A stretch of 64,000 nt of DNA from an uncultured Verrucomicrobiota bacterium (GTDB taxonomy: Bacteria > Verrucomicrobiota > Verrucomicrobiia > Limisphaerales > UBA9464): NCBI GenBank assembly GCA_903842505.1, contig CAIMMI010000011.1:668-64667 (forward strand), written 5' to 3'. The translations under genes and the position numbers were made by a program. This document shows positions 37,964 to 49,308 of this stretch, piece after piece; within the stretch, counting starts at the first letter, position 1; the number at the start of each line of letters is the position of its first letter. The notes beneath the pieces were generated by a model. It did not search any database, was not told the origin of the DNA, and saw only the letters and a list, made by a program, of their open reading frames with translations.

Positions 37964-40900
37964 TCAGACAGCCACGCTTTCCCCGGTAGCCAGGAAGTGC
38001 AGCCACCGCCCCGTGACCGGCCTGCCATGGATCCGGGCCAGCGCCAGCGCATACACCGCCAATTGCGGCCGATAGGTCTCCGCCTTTGCCAACGTGGCAC
38101 GCCCTGGCTCCACCCGATCGGTCTTGAAATCGAGGATCACGATTCCCTCCGGCCCCACCAGCGCCAGATCCACCACGCCCTGCCCCACCACGAATTCCTC
38201 CGGCAAAAGGTCCTCCGAAATCCGGAAGCCCAGCGCCCGAAGGTCGGCAGCCGTCAGGCGCACCGTGAAGGGAATCTCCCGTTGAAGGTCTCCCGACCGC
38301 CGCCGGACTTCCTCGCCCAACGGCGAATTCCAGAAGTGCACGATCGCGGGCACGTCCAGCAAACCCACCTCCAACTCGCTCATCCACCCACGGCCAACCA
38401 GGCGGCTCATCTCACCCCGGATTGCCGCCTCGTCCAGCGTCGCCGCCGGCTCCACCAATTCCATGAAACGGTGCAACGCCAAACCCCGATCCACCGCCGT
38501 GCCATCCTTGGGATCCGAAGCACCATGCTTCATCCCGAACGCCCGCTTCCCGACGTCCAACCCATCCTGATCTTCAGACATCCGGCGCCTCAATCCCGTC
38601 GCGGTCACCTTGGCAGGCTCCACGGTCGCGCCCCGATGCCCATAGCTCCAGACCTCCAATGCCTCCTCTTCTTCCGAGACGGCTACCGCCGTCGGACGTT
38701 CCATCGGCACCTCGTCAGGAACCTCCCGCCACAACCGCCAATCAAAGTCCTCGCCGCGCCCCGAATCCTCGGTCCCCCATGCTTCCCCGGCTCCCTTCGC
38801 CAGAACCGGCCCCAACCAATCGATCGGCGACGAAGCCGACTCAATCTCCGCCGCCGTCCAGGCTCCTCCGTCCGCCGGGAACCGGTCCGCTCCCGCCGCC
38901 CACGTCTCCGAAACAGCCTTCGAACTCGCCGTCCCAAACAACAACAACCGGTCCGCGGCACGCGTCAGAGCCACATACAGAAGCCTCAACTCCTCACCCA
39001 GTGCCTCACGCCGCTGCCGCTGCTGCGCCAACCACAGCGCCACACTCGGGTAGCGCCGTCCGTCCACTGGCGACACGACCAACGGGCACAACCCCATCCG
39101 CTCATCCCGGATCACGCGGGCGGACGTCAAATCCGACATCTGAAACCGGTTGCCCAATCCCGCAACGGCCACCACCGGAAACTCCAATCCCTTGCTCCGG
39201 TGCACCGTCATCAACTGCACCGCCGACCGCACCACCCCAGTCGCTGGCTCCGCCCGATCCGCCGCCTCCTCCGCATCCAACCAAACCAGAAACCGGTAGA
39301 GTCCGCCGCGCGAGCCCCGATCAAATTGCCGCGCCATCTCCAGCAACCGACGGACGTTCGCCACCGTTTCCCCACCGTCCGACTGCGCTGCGGCCCACTC
39401 TTCATAGCCCGTGTCATCGAGCGCCGCCTCCAACGCCGCTGCGGCTCCCGACCGAACCGCCAGCCGACGCCATTCCTCATAACGGACATGAAACCGCTCC
39501 AACCGCTCCCACGCCAACCGCGCCACCGCCGACGTCGCCGGATTCCGGAACAGATCCAGGTCCCGCACCGCCTCCTCTCCCACGGGCTCGCCCGCTTCAG
39601 GCCCGTCACCCGATCCCGCACCCCGCCCGAGACCCGCCATCCTTCCCAGGTCCCGGAACCGCTGGACCAGTGTCCACCAGCGCTCGCGTGCCCCACGGGT
39701 CAACCTCACCGCCACCAGTTCATTCGGATCCCACAACCCCACGAGAGGCGAGCGCAGGACAGCGCCCAGCGGGATGTCCTGCAGCGGATTGTCGAGGATC
39801 CGCAGCAGGTTCCGAAGATCCGAGACCGCCGTAATCTGGAAGAACCCCGCCTGCCTCGCGACCAGCGGAACCCCGGCTGCCCGGAACTCACGGGAAAAGT
39901 CCTCGGCACGACCCCGCTCAGCCCGCAGCAAGACCGCCATGTCAGACCACTCCACCGGGCGCAGCGACCCACGACGCCGATCCCAGACCTTCAGGCCGGA
40001 TTCCTTCAACTCCCGCAAACGCAGGGCCACCAACCGAGCTTCGGCGGCGACTGGCGACAGCGCCTCATCCCCCGCCTCGTCCGCTCCCGCCTTCGCCTTC
40101 ACCCGCACGTGGAACTCGATCCGTGGCGAATCATCCCCCGCCGCCGCCAAAACCGAGCGTCCCTCCGGATCCCCGAATGACAAAGCGGCATCCGCTCCGT
40201 AATCCACGCCGCCAACCTCACGCCGCAGCAGGCGCCGACAAACCCGGTTGACGAAGCCCAACAAGGCCTCCGCCGAACGGAAATTGCCCGTCAACGGAAT
40301 CACACGCCCTCCGCCTCCCTCCCGCGTCCAGGTCTCCGCCGTCGCCTGGAATATCCGCGGGTCCGCCAGGCGGAATCGATAGATGCTCTGCTTCACGTCC
40401 CCCACCAGGAACCGGTTCGCCCGCTCCCCGTCCCGGCTTACCGCCCGAAGGATCGCATCCTGGGCCGCATTGAGGTCCTGACACTCGTCCACCACCACCA
40501 GGTCGAACCGGTCCCGGCACCATTCCACCACCCCAGACGGTCGTCGTACCAGCAGGTCGAGGGCATGCTGCTCCAGATCCGAAAAATCCACGCCTCCGCG
40601 CGTCCGCTTCTCCAACTGGAACGACTCGCCAAACCCACGCACCACCGACAATAGAGTCCGCATCCAACCCCGGCTCCATTCCCAGTCCTCTGCCATGGCA
40701 TCTCCGGCTCCCTCGCCCGGTTCCAACTGCCGAAGGAACTCCACCTGCCCGAAGAAAGCCTCCAAGGGCTCCCGCTCCACCGTCTTCTTTCCACGCGTGT
40801 ACTCCGCCGGATCCTCCGCCAACCCACAATACCAGGCGGACCGCTCGGCACCCGATGCCGGAACCCCGGCTGCCAGCAACCGCGCCCGCCGCCCCGCGAG

Positions 40901-41596
40901 GGCATCCGCCCCCGCGACCTCCAGAAGTTGTTCCCCCCAACCACGGCTCCATTCCGGCAGGAACTCTTCCAGCCACCGTCGCCACTTCACCGGCGTCGAC
41001 TCGGCCCAGATGGCTTCCTGCTCCGCGAGCCAGGCTTCAGGCTCCGCCAAGGTCCGCGCATAGCCATGTACCCCACGCACCGTCTCCCAAAGCGCGCCAG
41101 GATCGCCGTCGAACCACCCGTCCACCATGGCGCGGAATGCCTCGCCCTCTGGCCCAACCGCCCCCAACCAGGACTCCAACCGACGCCCCCAGACCAGCGT
41201 TGCCAACCGCCCCGCTTCCACCGAATCCAACACCGAGAGTTGGGGCTCCAACCCCAACTGCGTCCCGTGCTCCCGCAACAACTGCAGACAGAAACTGTGC
41301 AGCGTCCCGATCACGGCCAACTCCAACCGAGCCACCTGCTCCACCAATCCCCCAACCGCTCCCGCTGCGACCTCCTCCACACGCTCCCGCAACCGCGATC
41401 GCATCTCCGCTGCCGCCGCCTCCGTGAAAGTCACCATCAACAACCGATCCGCCCGCACGGGGTCCACCGACCGCGTCAATCGGTCCACGACCCGCGCCAC
41501 CAGCGTCGACGTCTTCCCGGTCCCCGCACCGGCCATCACCAGCACGTTGCCCTCCGCCGCAACCGCCGCCGCCTGCTGCGCTGTCAGATTCGCCAT
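37964..41596 (-). CDS. addA: AddA-like UvrD helicase with C-terminal PD-(D/E)xK nuclease
   Basis: AGAGTGKT, VTFTEAAA.EM, VDECQD, GDVKQSIYRFR, NFRS, MTVHRSKGLEF, YVALTRA, GVVDL..ILDFKT..QL.VY. Confidence 0.88.
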   Translation of the reverse strand: MANLTAQQAAAVAAEGNVLVMAGAGTGKTSTLVARVVDRLTRSVDPVRADRLLMVTFTEAAAAEMRSRLRERVEEVAAGAVGGLVEQVARLELAVIGTLHSFCLQLLREHGTQLGLEPQLSVLDSVEAGRLATLVWGRRLESWLGAVGPEGEAFRAMVDGWFDGDPGALWETVRGVHGYARTLAEPEAWLAEQEAIWAESTPVKWRRWLEEFLPEWSRGWGEQLLEVAGADALAGRRARLLAAGVPASGAERSAWYCGLAEDPAEYTRGKKTVEREPLEAFFGQVEFLRQLEPGEGAGDAMAEDWEWSRGWMRTLLSVVRGFGESFQLEKRTRGGVDFSDLEQHALDLLVRRPSGVVEWCRDRFDLVVVDECQDLNAAQDAILRAVSRDGERANRFLVGDVKQSIYRFRLADPRIFQATAETWTREGGGGRVIPLTGNFRSAEALLGFVNRVCRRLLRREVGGVDYGADAALSFGDPEGRSVLAAAGDDSPRIEFHVRVKAKAGADEAGDEALSPVAAEARLVALRLRELKESGLKVWDRRRGSLRPVEWSDMAVLLRAERGRAEDFSREFRAAGVPLVARQAGFFQITAVSDLRNLLRILDNPLQDIPLGAVLRSPLVGLWDPNELVAVRLTRGARERWWTLVQRFRDLGRMAGLGRGAGSGDGPEAGEPVGEEAVRDLDLFRNPATSAVARLAWERLERFHVRYEEWRRLAVRSGAAAALEAALDDTGYEEWAAAQSDGGETVANVRRLLEMARQFDRGSRGGLYRFLVWLDAEEAADRAEPATGVVRSAVQLMTVHRSKGLEFPVVAVAGLGNRFQMSDLTSARVIRDERMGLCPLVVSPVDGRRYPSVALWLAQQRQRREALGEELRLLYVALTRAADRLLLFGTASSKAVSETWAAGADRFPADGGAWTAAEIESASSPIDWLGPVLAKGAGEAWGTEDSGRGEDFDWRLWREVPDEVPMERPTAVAVSEEEEALEVWSYGHRGATVEPAKVTATGLRRRMSEDQDGLDVGKRAFGMKHGASDPKDGTAVDRGLALHRFMELVEPAATLDEAAIRGEMSRLVGRGWMSELEVGLLDVPAIVHFWNSPLGEEVRRRSGDLQREIPFTVRLTAADLRALGFRISEDLLPEEFVVGQGVVDLALVGPEGIVILDFKTDRVEPGRATLAKAETYRPQLAVYALALARIHGRPVTGRWLHFLATGESVAV

Positions 41597-41626
41597 CGCC
41601 TCGGTGGGTTCAGAGGGTTGGGGTGA

Positions 41627-41941
41627 CTAGGCCTTCCCGGTCGACGCCGCCGCCACCCGCCGGATCCACTCCCAGGTGTACAAACCCGTATTGTGCCCGT
41701 CCCGCCACACGAGTTGCACCGCATACCCACCGACCGGAAGGAATCGAGCCACCTCGAATGCCCCAACCCCGTAAGCCCGCTCCGGTGCCCGGTAGGTCTT
41801 CCCGAAGATATCCTTCTCCCCAAGACACGCCGCACACGGACAAAACCGCCGCAACGTCTCCAAGGCCACGAAGTCCTCGCTCCCATCCGACCACTTCACG
41901 GCCAACTCCGCCCCTACCACCTGCATGTCCACCGGTTGCAT
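41627..41941 (-). CDS. DUF971 (GBBH-like N-terminal) domain protein
   Basis: WSDG, LR..CPCAAC, VGGYAVQLVW.DGH.TGLY.W. Confidence 0.9.
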   Translation of the reverse strand: MQPVDMQVVGAELAVKWSDGSEDFVALETLRRFCPCAACLGEKDIFGKTYRAPERAYGVGAFEVARFLPVGGYAVQLVWRDGHNTGLYTWEWIRRVAAASTGKA

Positions 41942-42092
41942 CCACCCACCTTGCCCCAGACCGCTCCGAATGCCTAGCAACCCGTTGCCCACACAGCACC
42001 GACAAGTTGCTTCATCGTTCCAATGAACCAATTTTAAACCTTCCCGGAAAACCGCGCTTGTTTGCCCCGCGCCTCAGGCGTAATCCGATCCT

Positions 42093-43532
42093 GTGCTGCA
42101 AGGGTACGATCCGAACGGGTTTTTCGACGAGATGTTCGCAACTCCCACGGAGGTGCGTCGCCACTACGAACGCTTCCGAAACCTCTTCGAGCAAATCAGC
42201 CCGGACGAGTTCGACCAACGCCGGGCCGAAGTCGACCTCGCCTTCATGCGTCAAGGCGTGACCTTCAACGTCTATGGCGATTCCCAAGGCGCCGAGCGGA
42301 TCTTCCCCTTCGACCTCATCCCACGGATCATCGGTGCCAAGGAGTGGGAATATCTGGAGCGCGGCCTGATCCAACGCATCACCGCCCTCAACCTCTTCCT
42401 CCACGACCTCTACCACGACCAGCGCATCGTCAAGGACGGCGTCATCCCCGCGTACTACATCCTTTCTGCCCGCCACTTCCGTCGCGAGTTCGTTCAGGTC
42501 AAGATCCCCAAGGACATCTACATCCACATCTGCGGAACCGACCTCATCCGCGGCGGCGATGGTTCCTGGATGGTGCTCGAGGACAACGGCCGGACGCCCT
42601 CCGGTGTCAGCTACGTCCTTGAGAACCGGCAGGCCATGAAGCGGACCTTCCCGCAACTCTTCGAGGAAACCGGCGTCCGCCCCGTCGACCATTACCCGCA
42701 GGAACTCCTCAAGACCCTCCAGCACATCGCGCCCGGCGGCGTCGTCGATCCCACGGTCGTCCTGCTCACCCCCGGCGTCTACAACAGCGCCTACTTCGAA
42801 CACACCTACCTCGCCCGGCAGATGGGCATCCAGATCGTCGAGGGCCGCGACCTCCTCGTCCGCGATGCCCGGGTGTTCATGCGCACCACCAAGGGCCTCC
42901 AACCCGTCCACGTCATCTACCGCCGGATTGACGACGATTTCCTCGATCCCACCGTCTTCCGACGCGACTCGGTCCTCGGCGTTCCCGGCCTGATCTCCGC
43001 CTACCGCGCCGGCAACGTCTCCCTCGCCAACTCCGTCGGCACCGGCGTGGCCGACGACAAGGTCATGTATTATTTCGTCCCCAAGATGATCAAATACTAC
43101 CTCGATCAGGACCCGATCATCCCGAACGTCCCGACCTACCTCGCCAGCGAGGAGTCGGATCGGAAGTACATCCTCGAAAACCTCAGCAAGCTCGTCGTCA
43201 AGGCCGCCAATGAGTCCGGCGGCTACGGCATGCTCATGGGTCCGAAATCCTCGAAGGAGGAGATCGAGATCTTCCGCGGCAAGATCGAGGAGGACCCCCG
43301 CAACTACATCGCCCAGCCCATGATCTCGCTCTCCACCCACCCGACGCATGTGGGCGATGCCAAGTTCGAGGGGCGCCACGTGGACCTACGCCCCTTTATC
43401 CTCTACGGCGAGAAGCCGGTCATCGTCCCGGGCGGCTTGACCCGCGTCGCCCTGCGCAAGGGTTCGCTGGTGGTCAACTCATCCCAGGGCGGCGGATCGA
43501 AGGATACCTGGGTCCTCTTCGGCGACGAATAG
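42093..43532 (+). CDS. Circularly permuted type 2 ATP-grasp protein
   Basis: [74 protein letters not shown]. Confidence 0.95.
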   Translation: MLQGYDPNGFFDEMFATPTEVRRHYERFRNLFEQISPDEFDQRRAEVDLAFMRQGVTFNVYGDSQGAERIFPFDLIPRIIGAKEWEYLERGLIQRITALNLFLHDLYHDQRIVKDGVIPAYYILSARHFRREFVQVKIPKDIYIHICGTDLIRGGDGSWMVLEDNGRTPSGVSYVLENRQAMKRTFPQLFEETGVRPVDHYPQELLKTLQHIAPGGVVDPTVVLLTPGVYNSAYFEHTYLARQMGIQIVEGRDLLVRDARVFMRTTKGLQPVHVIYRRIDDDFLDPTVFRRDSVLGVPGLISAYRAGNVSLANSVGTGVADDKVMYYFVPKMIKYYLDQDPIIPNVPTYLASEESDRKYILENLSKLVVKAANESGGYGMLMGPKSSKEEIEIFRGKIEEDPRNYIAQPMISLSTHPTHVGDAKFEGRHVDLRPFILYGEKPVIVPGGLTRVALRKGSLVVNSSQGGGSKDTWVLFGDE

Positions 43533-43569
43533 CGCGGCGCACCCCCCGAACCCGAACCCCCTTCCTCCC

Positions 43570-44595
43570 ATGTCCACCATGCTCTCCCGGGTTGCCAACT
43601 GCCTCTACTGGCTCGCCCGCTACATTGAACGCGCGGACAACACCGCGCGCATCGTCGACGTCAACCTGCAACTCCTCCTCGAAAGCCGACGCCTCGACCC
43701 AGCCCAACTGGCCGCCTATTGGATGCCCATCGTCGAGAGCACCGGCGATCACGAGCACTTTGCGACCCTCTACCCAAGCCCGACCGGAGAATCCGTCACC
43801 GAGTTCCTGCTCTTCGACCAGCGCAACGGCAACTCCCTCGCCTCGTCGGTCTCCCAGGCCCGCGAGAACGCCCGCATGGTCCGCGACCAGGTCCCGGCTG
43901 AGATGTGGGAGGAGATCAACCGACTCTTCCTCTTCTTCCGCTCGGACAAGGCCCGCGAACTCTGGGAGTCGAGCCCCTTCGACTTCCTCCAGCAGGTGCG
44001 TTCGTCCGCCCTCACCTTCGTCGGCATCTCCTACGCATCAACGCCGCAAAACGAGGGCTGGAACTTCATTCAGGTCGGCAAGTTCCTCGAACGCGCCGAC
44101 AAGACCACCCGGATGCTCGACATCCGGCATGCCACCCTTCCCAAGCGCGGCATCCCCGCCACGGTCAGCCAGGCCGACGCCCTCGGTTGGTCCGCCGTGC
44201 TGCGCTCCTGCTCGGCCTGGGATGCCTACAAGGCACTCCACGGTTCCGAGGTCCACCCCCGACTCGTCGCCGAATACCTGCTCCTGAGCGACGAATTCCC
44301 GCGTTCCCTGAAGTTCTGCGTCGACCGCCTCGACGCTTCGCTTCGCCAGATTTCAGGGGTTGCCCCACGACGCTTCAGCAACGATGCCGAACGACTCAGC
44401 GGCCGCCTGCTCGCCGAACTGCAGTACTCCAAGATCGAGGAGATCTTCGACATCGGACTCCACGATTACCTCGATCAGGTCCAACTCCGCCTCAACCAGA
44501 TCGGCGACGCCCTCTTCAAGACCTACATCTTCCAACCCTTCGTGAATCTCGAAGACGAGATCCTCGTGCAGCAGGAATACCAACAGCAGCAGTAG
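43570..44595 (+). CDS. Alpha-E domain protein
   Basis: MLSRVA..LYWLARYIERA, ARENAR.VR, G.FLERADKT.R, FPRS. Confidence 0.94.
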   Translation: MSTMLSRVANCLYWLARYIERADNTARIVDVNLQLLLESRRLDPAQLAAYWMPIVESTGDHEHFATLYPSPTGESVTEFLLFDQRNGNSLASSVSQARENARMVRDQVPAEMWEEINRLFLFFRSDKARELWESSPFDFLQQVRSSALTFVGISYASTPQNEGWNFIQVGKFLERADKTTRMLDIRHATLPKRGIPATVSQADALGWSAVLRSCSAWDAYKALHGSEVHPRLVAEYLLLSDEFPRSLKFCVDRLDASLRQISGVAPRRFSNDAERLSGRLLAELQYSKIEEIFDIGLHDYLDQVQLRLNQIGDALFKTYIFQPFVNLEDEILVQQEYQQQQ

Positions 44596-44668
44596 CCAAC
44601 CCCAGGACTGCTCTCGGCCCGAGGGACCGTGGCGCCCCCTGCTTGCATCCCCAGGCTTGCCACGGGCA

Positions 44669-45412
44669 TTACGCCCGCCATCGCCGCCGGAGCTCGTGCC
44701 CGATCACTGCAGCAGCCGCCAAGGCTGCCGTGTCCGCACGCAGTACCGTGGTTCCCAAGGTCACCGGGTGAAACCCGGCCACGGTCAGGGCTTTCAGCTC
44801 GGCGGCGTCGAAGTCTCCTTCCGGACCAATCACCACCCCCACCCGCCGCGCACCCGCGTTCTGGGCCATGATGTCACCCATCTCCCCGGCACCCGGCGCC
44901 AATGCCGCCACCATCCCAACGTCGAATCGCGGATTGCCAGCCAGCCATTCGTCGATCGCAACCGGATCCGACACCTGGGGCAACCACGGTGTCCCACACT
45001 GCTTCGCCGCCTCGGCCACCGCCGCCTGCCAGTCCTGCCGCCGCCGAGCCCGCTCCTCGCGTGCAACCTTGACGACACAATTCCGCGTCAGCAAAGGCAC
45101 GATGCCAGCCACGTCCAGCTCGGTCCCTTTCTGGAGCAGTGCATCCCACGCCTTGCCCTTCGTGACCGCCGCCACCAACACCACTTCCCATGCCCGCCGC
45201 GGAAGGACCCGACGTTCCTGAACCTCGATGTCCACGGCGCGCTTGGTGACCTTCTGGACCAGTCCCTCCGCCACCGTACCCTCGCCGTCGAGAAGCGTGA
45301 CGACCTCACCCGACTCCAGACGCAACACCACCGCTGCATGGTGGCTGTCCGATTCACCCAGGGTAACCACTCCCCGACTCAAGGCCTCCGGCGATACGAT
45401 GAATCGGTGCAT
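44669..45412 (-). CDS. rsmE: 16S rRNA m3U1498 methyltransferase
   Basis: HHAAVVLRL, QKGTELDV, EAAKQC, IGPEGDF, LG..VLRADTA. Confidence 0.93.
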   Translation of the reverse strand: MHRFIVSPEALSRGVVTLGESDSHHAAVVLRLESGEVVTLLDGEGTVAEGLVQKVTKRAVDIEVQERRVLPRRAWEVVLVAAVTKGKAWDALLQKGTELDVAGIVPLLTRNCVVKVAREERARRRQDWQAAVAEAAKQCGTPWLPQVSDPVAIDEWLAGNPRFDVGMVAALAPGAGEMGDIMAQNAGARRVGVVIGPEGDFDAAELKALTVAGFHPVTLGTTVLRADTAALAAAAVIGHELRRRWRA

Positions 45413-45448
45413 GCGAGAAGCCCTCACCCCCTCAACCCGGGACCGAGA

Positions 45449-46606
45449 TCAGCTGAAGAAATCCTTCGCCCGATCAAAGAAGCTCTTGGCTTGCGGATTG
45501 ACACTCTCGTCACAGAGCCGGCCGAACTCCTCCAATTTGGCCCTCTGGGCCGCATTGAGCCGCGTCGGAATCTCCACGCTCACCCGCACATGAAGATCTC
45601 CCAGACTCCCGTCCTGCAGACTCTTCACTCCTCGCCCCTTCAACCGGAACAACGTCCCCGTCTGCGTCCCCGTCGGAATCGAGATCCTCGCCTTCCCCGT
45701 CAGGGTGGGAACGTCGACCTCACCCCCCAGCGCCGCCGCCACAAAACTGATCGGAACCTCACACAACAGGTCATCCCCATCGCGTTGGAAGATGTCGTGC
45801 TGAGCCACCGACAGGACCACGTACAGGTCCCCCGACGGTCCGCCACGCGAACCCGCCGCGCCATTCCCGCTCGACCGCAACCGGGAGCCCGAATCAACGC
45901 CGCCCGGAACCCGGATGCGAACCGTCGTCGACGCATCCACTCGTCCATCCCCGCCACAAGCCCGGCAGGGTTTCTCGATCGCCTGCCCGGCTCCCTCGCA
46001 GCGCGGACAGACCTGCTGGATGGAGAAGATCCCCCGCGACATCACCACCCGACCACGCCCATTGCACTGCGGACACTTGATGACTTTGGATCCCTTCTCC
46101 GCACCGGATCCACTGCAGGGTTCACACTTGGTTGGCTTGGTGAACTTGATCTCCTTTTCACACCCGTTCACCGCCTCCTCCAGCGTGATCCGAAGATCAT
46201 ACCGCAGGTCGTCACCGCGCTGCGGCCCCGATGGATCCCGCTCCTCCCCTCCGCCACCGCCACCAAAGAACGCGTCGAAGAAGTCCGATCCACCAAACGC
46301 CTGCCGGAAGATGTCGGAGGGATCCACCCCGCCCGCGCCCGGCCGAAAACCTCCGGCCCCAGCCCGGGAACGCGGATCAAACGCGGCATGCCCATGCTGA
46401 TCGTAAGCTGCCCGCTTCTGCGGGTCGCTCAGCACCGAGTAAGCCTCCCCCAATTCCTTGAACTTCTCCTCCGCGACCTTGTCCCCCGGATTCTTGTCCG
46501 GGTGATACTTCACCGCCAGCTTGCGGTAGGACTTCTTCAGATCCTCGTCCGAGACCCCCTTGGCCACGCCAAGGACTTCGTAGAAATCACGCTTCGTCAC
46601 AGCCAT
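45449..46606 (-). CDS. dnaJ: Chaperone DnaJ
   Basis: J-domain HPDKN, G/F-rich region, four CxxCxGxG repeats. Confidence 0.98.
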   Translation of the reverse strand: MAVTKRDFYEVLGVAKGVSDEDLKKSYRKLAVKYHPDKNPGDKVAEEKFKELGEAYSVLSDPQKRAAYDQHGHAAFDPRSRAGAGGFRPGAGGVDPSDIFRQAFGGSDFFDAFFGGGGGGEERDPSGPQRGDDLRYDLRITLEEAVNGCEKEIKFTKPTKCEPCSGSGAEKGSKVIKCPQCNGRGRVVMSRGIFSIQQVCPRCEGAGQAIEKPCRACGGDGRVDASTTVRIRVPGGVDSGSRLRSSGNGAAGSRGGPSGDLYVVLSVAQHDIFQRDGDDLLCEVPISFVAAALGGEVDVPTLTGKARISIPTGTQTGTLFRLKGRGVKSLQDGSLGDLHVRVSVEIPTRLNAAQRAKLEEFGRLCDESVNPQAKSFFDRAKDFFS

Positions 46607-46612
46607 GGCGAA

Positions 46613-47200
46613 TCAGGATTGGGTCCCCTTGGAGGTTGCTTCCGCCGGAGCTCCCGGCGCACGCGCCACCACAACACTGGCCGGCCTCAGCAATCGATCG
46701 CGACACCGGTAGCCTTTTCGCAACTGCTGCACGACCTGACCTTCCGGAACACTGGCCGTTTCCTGCTGGGACACGGCCTCGTGCAGCGACGGATCAAACA
46801 CCTGCCCCAGCGCCGAGACCTCCTCCACTCCAAGCTCGCCCAGGACCCCACGCAACTGACCGTGAATCATCGAGACTCCCGCCTTCAAGGTCTCCACGGT
46901 CGTCCCCGGCATCTGCGCCGCCTGCAAAGCCATCTCGAACGTGTCGATCACCGGCAGGATCCGGGTCACCACCGACTCCGTCGCCGCCCGTCGTGCTTCA
47001 TCCCGCTCCCTCTGGGCACGCTTCTTGAAGTTCTCAAAGTCCGCGTAAAGCCTGATGAAACGCTCCTGGGCCTCAGCACCGCGCTCCGCGGCGGTCTTGA
47101 GCTCCGCCACCTGCTCCGGCGTCAGCGTCTCGGCTGCCGCGGCGGTTTCAGGGTTCGTGTTCTCAGGTGGGTTCGTACCGGGGATGGATTCGCTGCTCAT
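46613..47200 (-). CDS. grpE: Nucleotide exchange factor GrpE
   Basis: RLYADFENFKKR, FDPSLHEAV, KGY....LLRPA.VVV. Confidence 0.96.
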   Translation of the reverse strand: MSSESIPGTNPPENTNPETAAAAETLTPEQVAELKTAAERGAEAQERFIRLYADFENFKKRAQRERDEARRAATESVVTRILPVIDTFEMALQAAQMPGTTVETLKAGVSMIHGQLRGVLGELGVEEVSALGQVFDPSLHEAVSQQETASVPEGQVVQQLRKGYRCRDRLLRPASVVVARAPGAPAEATSKGTQS

Positions 47201-47277
47201 CTTCTTCCAGAAATTCCAGTTCAAAGGCGCGCCAAAGTAGTCAACCAATCAGGACCCGGCAATAGCCGCGGACCGCG

Positions 47278-48339
47278 TCACGGCACCAATCCTGCCGTTT
47301 CAGGATACCCGCAGATCAGGTTCAGGCTCTGCACGGCCTGACCACTGGCTCCCTTCAGAAGATTGTCCTGGGCACTCAGCACGATCAGACGCCCAGTCCG
47401 CGGATCCAACCGCCATGCAAGCTCCAGATGGTTCGTTCCCACCACGTTCTTCGTGTCCGGAAGTGCCTTGCCTTCCAATACCCGCACGAACGGTTCGTCC
47501 GCGTACGCCTCCGCATAGCACGCCGCTATCCGCTCCCCGATCACCGCCGCTTCCGCCGCCGTCGTGAAGGCCGTCGTGGGCGCCAGATAAAGCGTCGTAT
47601 GAATCCCTCGGTTCACCGGCACCAGATGCGGCGTGAATTGGATCGTGACCGGAATTCCCGCCGCCAACCCCAATTGCTCCTCGATCTCCGACAGATGCCG
47701 ATGCTTCGGGACGCCGTACGCCCGCAGACTTTCGTTGCACTCGCAAAACAGGTAGTCCACCTCCGCCTTCCGACCCGCCCCCGTCACACCACTCAGCGAA
47801 TCCGCAATGATCCCCGTGGGCCGCACCAACCCAGCCCTCAACAACGGCAAAAGCGGCAGCAGGATGCTCGTCGGATAACACCCCGGCGACGCTACCAACC
47901 GGGTATTCCGGATCGCCTCCCGGTACACCTCGGGCATGCCGTACACCGCCGTCGCCAACAATCCGGGCGCCGGATGCGGATGCCCATAGAACTCCTGATA
48001 CACCGCCGCACTCCGCAACCGGAAGTCGGCGCTCAGATCAATGACCACCTTCCCCGCCTCCACCAAGGGCACCGCATACTCCGCAGCCACTCCATGCGGC
48101 AAGGCCAGCAGGATCACGTCCGCCGTCTCCACCAACGCCGCCACGTTCGGCTCCGTGAACCGCAAGGCGCGTGCCTTCGGATGACTCGCGAATCGGGGAA
48201 AAACCTGGCCCACCGTCTGACCAGCCGATTGCCGGGAGGTCACCGCCACCAACTCGGCATAGGGATGTTGCAGGAGCAGGCGGACCAGTTCCTCTCCCGA
48301 GTAACCGGACGCCCCAACAATGGCGACGCGCTTGGACAT
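47278..48339 (-). CDS. argC: N-acetyl-gamma-glutamyl-phosphate reductase
   Basis: GASGYSG.EL, LALPHG, IDLSADFR, PGCYPT, SGVTGAGR, DNLLKGASGQAVQ. Confidence 0.97.
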   Translation of the reverse strand: MSKRVAIVGASGYSGEELVRLLLQHPYAELVAVTSRQSAGQTVGQVFPRFASHPKARALRFTEPNVAALVETADVILLALPHGVAAEYAVPLVEAGKVVIDLSADFRLRSAAVYQEFYGHPHPAPGLLATAVYGMPEVYREAIRNTRLVASPGCYPTSILLPLLPLLRAGLVRPTGIIADSLSGVTGAGRKAEVDYLFCECNESLRAYGVPKHRHLSEIEEQLGLAAGIPVTIQFTPHLVPVNRGIHTTLYLAPTTAFTTAAEAAVIGERIAACYAEAYADEPFVRVLEGKALPDTKNVVGTNHLELAWRLDPRTGRLIVLSAQDNLLKGASGQAVQSLNLICGYPETAGLVP

Positions 48340-48378
48340 GTTTGACAACCTGAGGGACGTGGAAGGAATGGGACGATG

Positions 48379-48414
48379 AAAACAAAAAGTCCCCGCCGGG
48401 TTGCCAGCGGGGAC
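48379..48414 (-). terminator. Intrinsic terminator after rpsI
   Basis: GTCCCCGC-N10-GCGGGGAC stem with a T-tract on the minus strand. Confidence 0.78.
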
Positions 48415-48431
48415 CTGAAATTCGCCGAGGA

Positions 48432-48827
48432 TCAGCGCTTCGAGAACTGGAAGCGCTTGCGGGCGCCCGGTTGGCCGTACTTCTTGCGCTCGCGCATACG
48501 CGGATCGCGGGTCAGCAAACCATCCGCCTTCAGCAGGGGCCGCAGGGCCGCATCCACTTCCAGCAAAGCACGGGCAATGCCGTGCCGCACCGCACCGGCC
48601 TGGCCGGCAGGCCCGCCACCTTCAACGTTCACGCGGACATCGAACTTGCCGATGGTCGCCGTAACCGTGAAGGGCTGGAGCACCGCACCACGGTGCTGCT
48701 CCAACGGGAAATACACCTCGAAAGCCCGGCCATTGATCGTCACCTTGCCGGTGCCAGTCGAAACGCGGACCCGGGCCGTCGACGTCTTGCGCCGACCGGT
48801 ACCAAGGAATTCGGTAATCTGAGCCAT
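48432..48827 (-). CDS. rpsI: 30S ribosomal protein S9
   Basis: [38 protein letters not shown]. Confidence 0.98.
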   Translation of the reverse strand: MAQITEFLGTGRRKTSTARVRVSTGTGKVTINGRAFEVYFPLEQHRGAVLQPFTVTATIGKFDVRVNVEGGGPAGQAGAVRHGIARALLEVDAALRPLLKADGLLTRDPRMRERKKYGQPGARKRFQFSKR

Positions 48828-48873
48828 AACGGAATTGAGCAGGATTCTTGTGGAGGGGATGAGCCAGCCTCGA

Positions 48874-49308
48874 TCAGCCAGCGTAGGCCATCGTCTTCGG
48901 CTGCTGCGCGGTGTGCGGATGCTCGGTGCCGGAGTACACCTTGAGCTTCGTCAGCAACCGGTCACCCAACCGGTTCTTGGGGAGCATTCCCTTCACCGCG
49001 TGCATCACCAACCGCTCCGGGTGATTCTCGCGAACCTCACGCACGGAACGATAGCGTTCGCCACCCTTCCATCCGGAGTAGCTCATGTACTCCTTGGCAG
49101 ATTCCTTGTTGCCCGTCAGCACCACGTCAGCGGCGTTGATGACAACCACGAAATCGCCCGCATCAAGATGCGGGGTGTAGGTGGGCTTGTCCTTGCCGCG
49201 CAGAGCGTCGGCAACTTGAACAGCGAGGCGACCGAGAACGGCACCCTTGGCGTCGATCACTCGCCACTCGCGACGCTGTACGTCGATCTTCGGCAGAAAC
49301 GTCTTCAT
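48874..49308 (-). CDS. rplM: 50S ribosomal protein L13
   Basis: [39 protein letters not shown]. Confidence 0.98.
   Translation of the reverse strand: MKTFLPKIDVQRREWRVIDAKGAVLGRLAVQVADALRGKDKPTYTPHLDAGDFVVVINAADVVLTGNKESAKEYMSYSGWKGGERYRSVREVRENHPERLVMHAVKGMLPKNRLGDRLLTKLKVYSGTEHPHTAQQPKTMAYAG

Noticed and set aside
41990-42012. Sigma-54 promoter upstream of the ATP-grasp gene
   Set aside because: Lacks the GG dinucleotide and the spacing to TTGC is wrong
45449-47200. grpE-dnaJ without dnaK/hrcA as a novelty
   Set aside because: Split chaperone loci are common; dnaK is probably elsewhere in the genome
44657-47341. 894-aa plus-strand ORF
   Set aside because: Antisense shadow of rsmE-dnaJ-grpE
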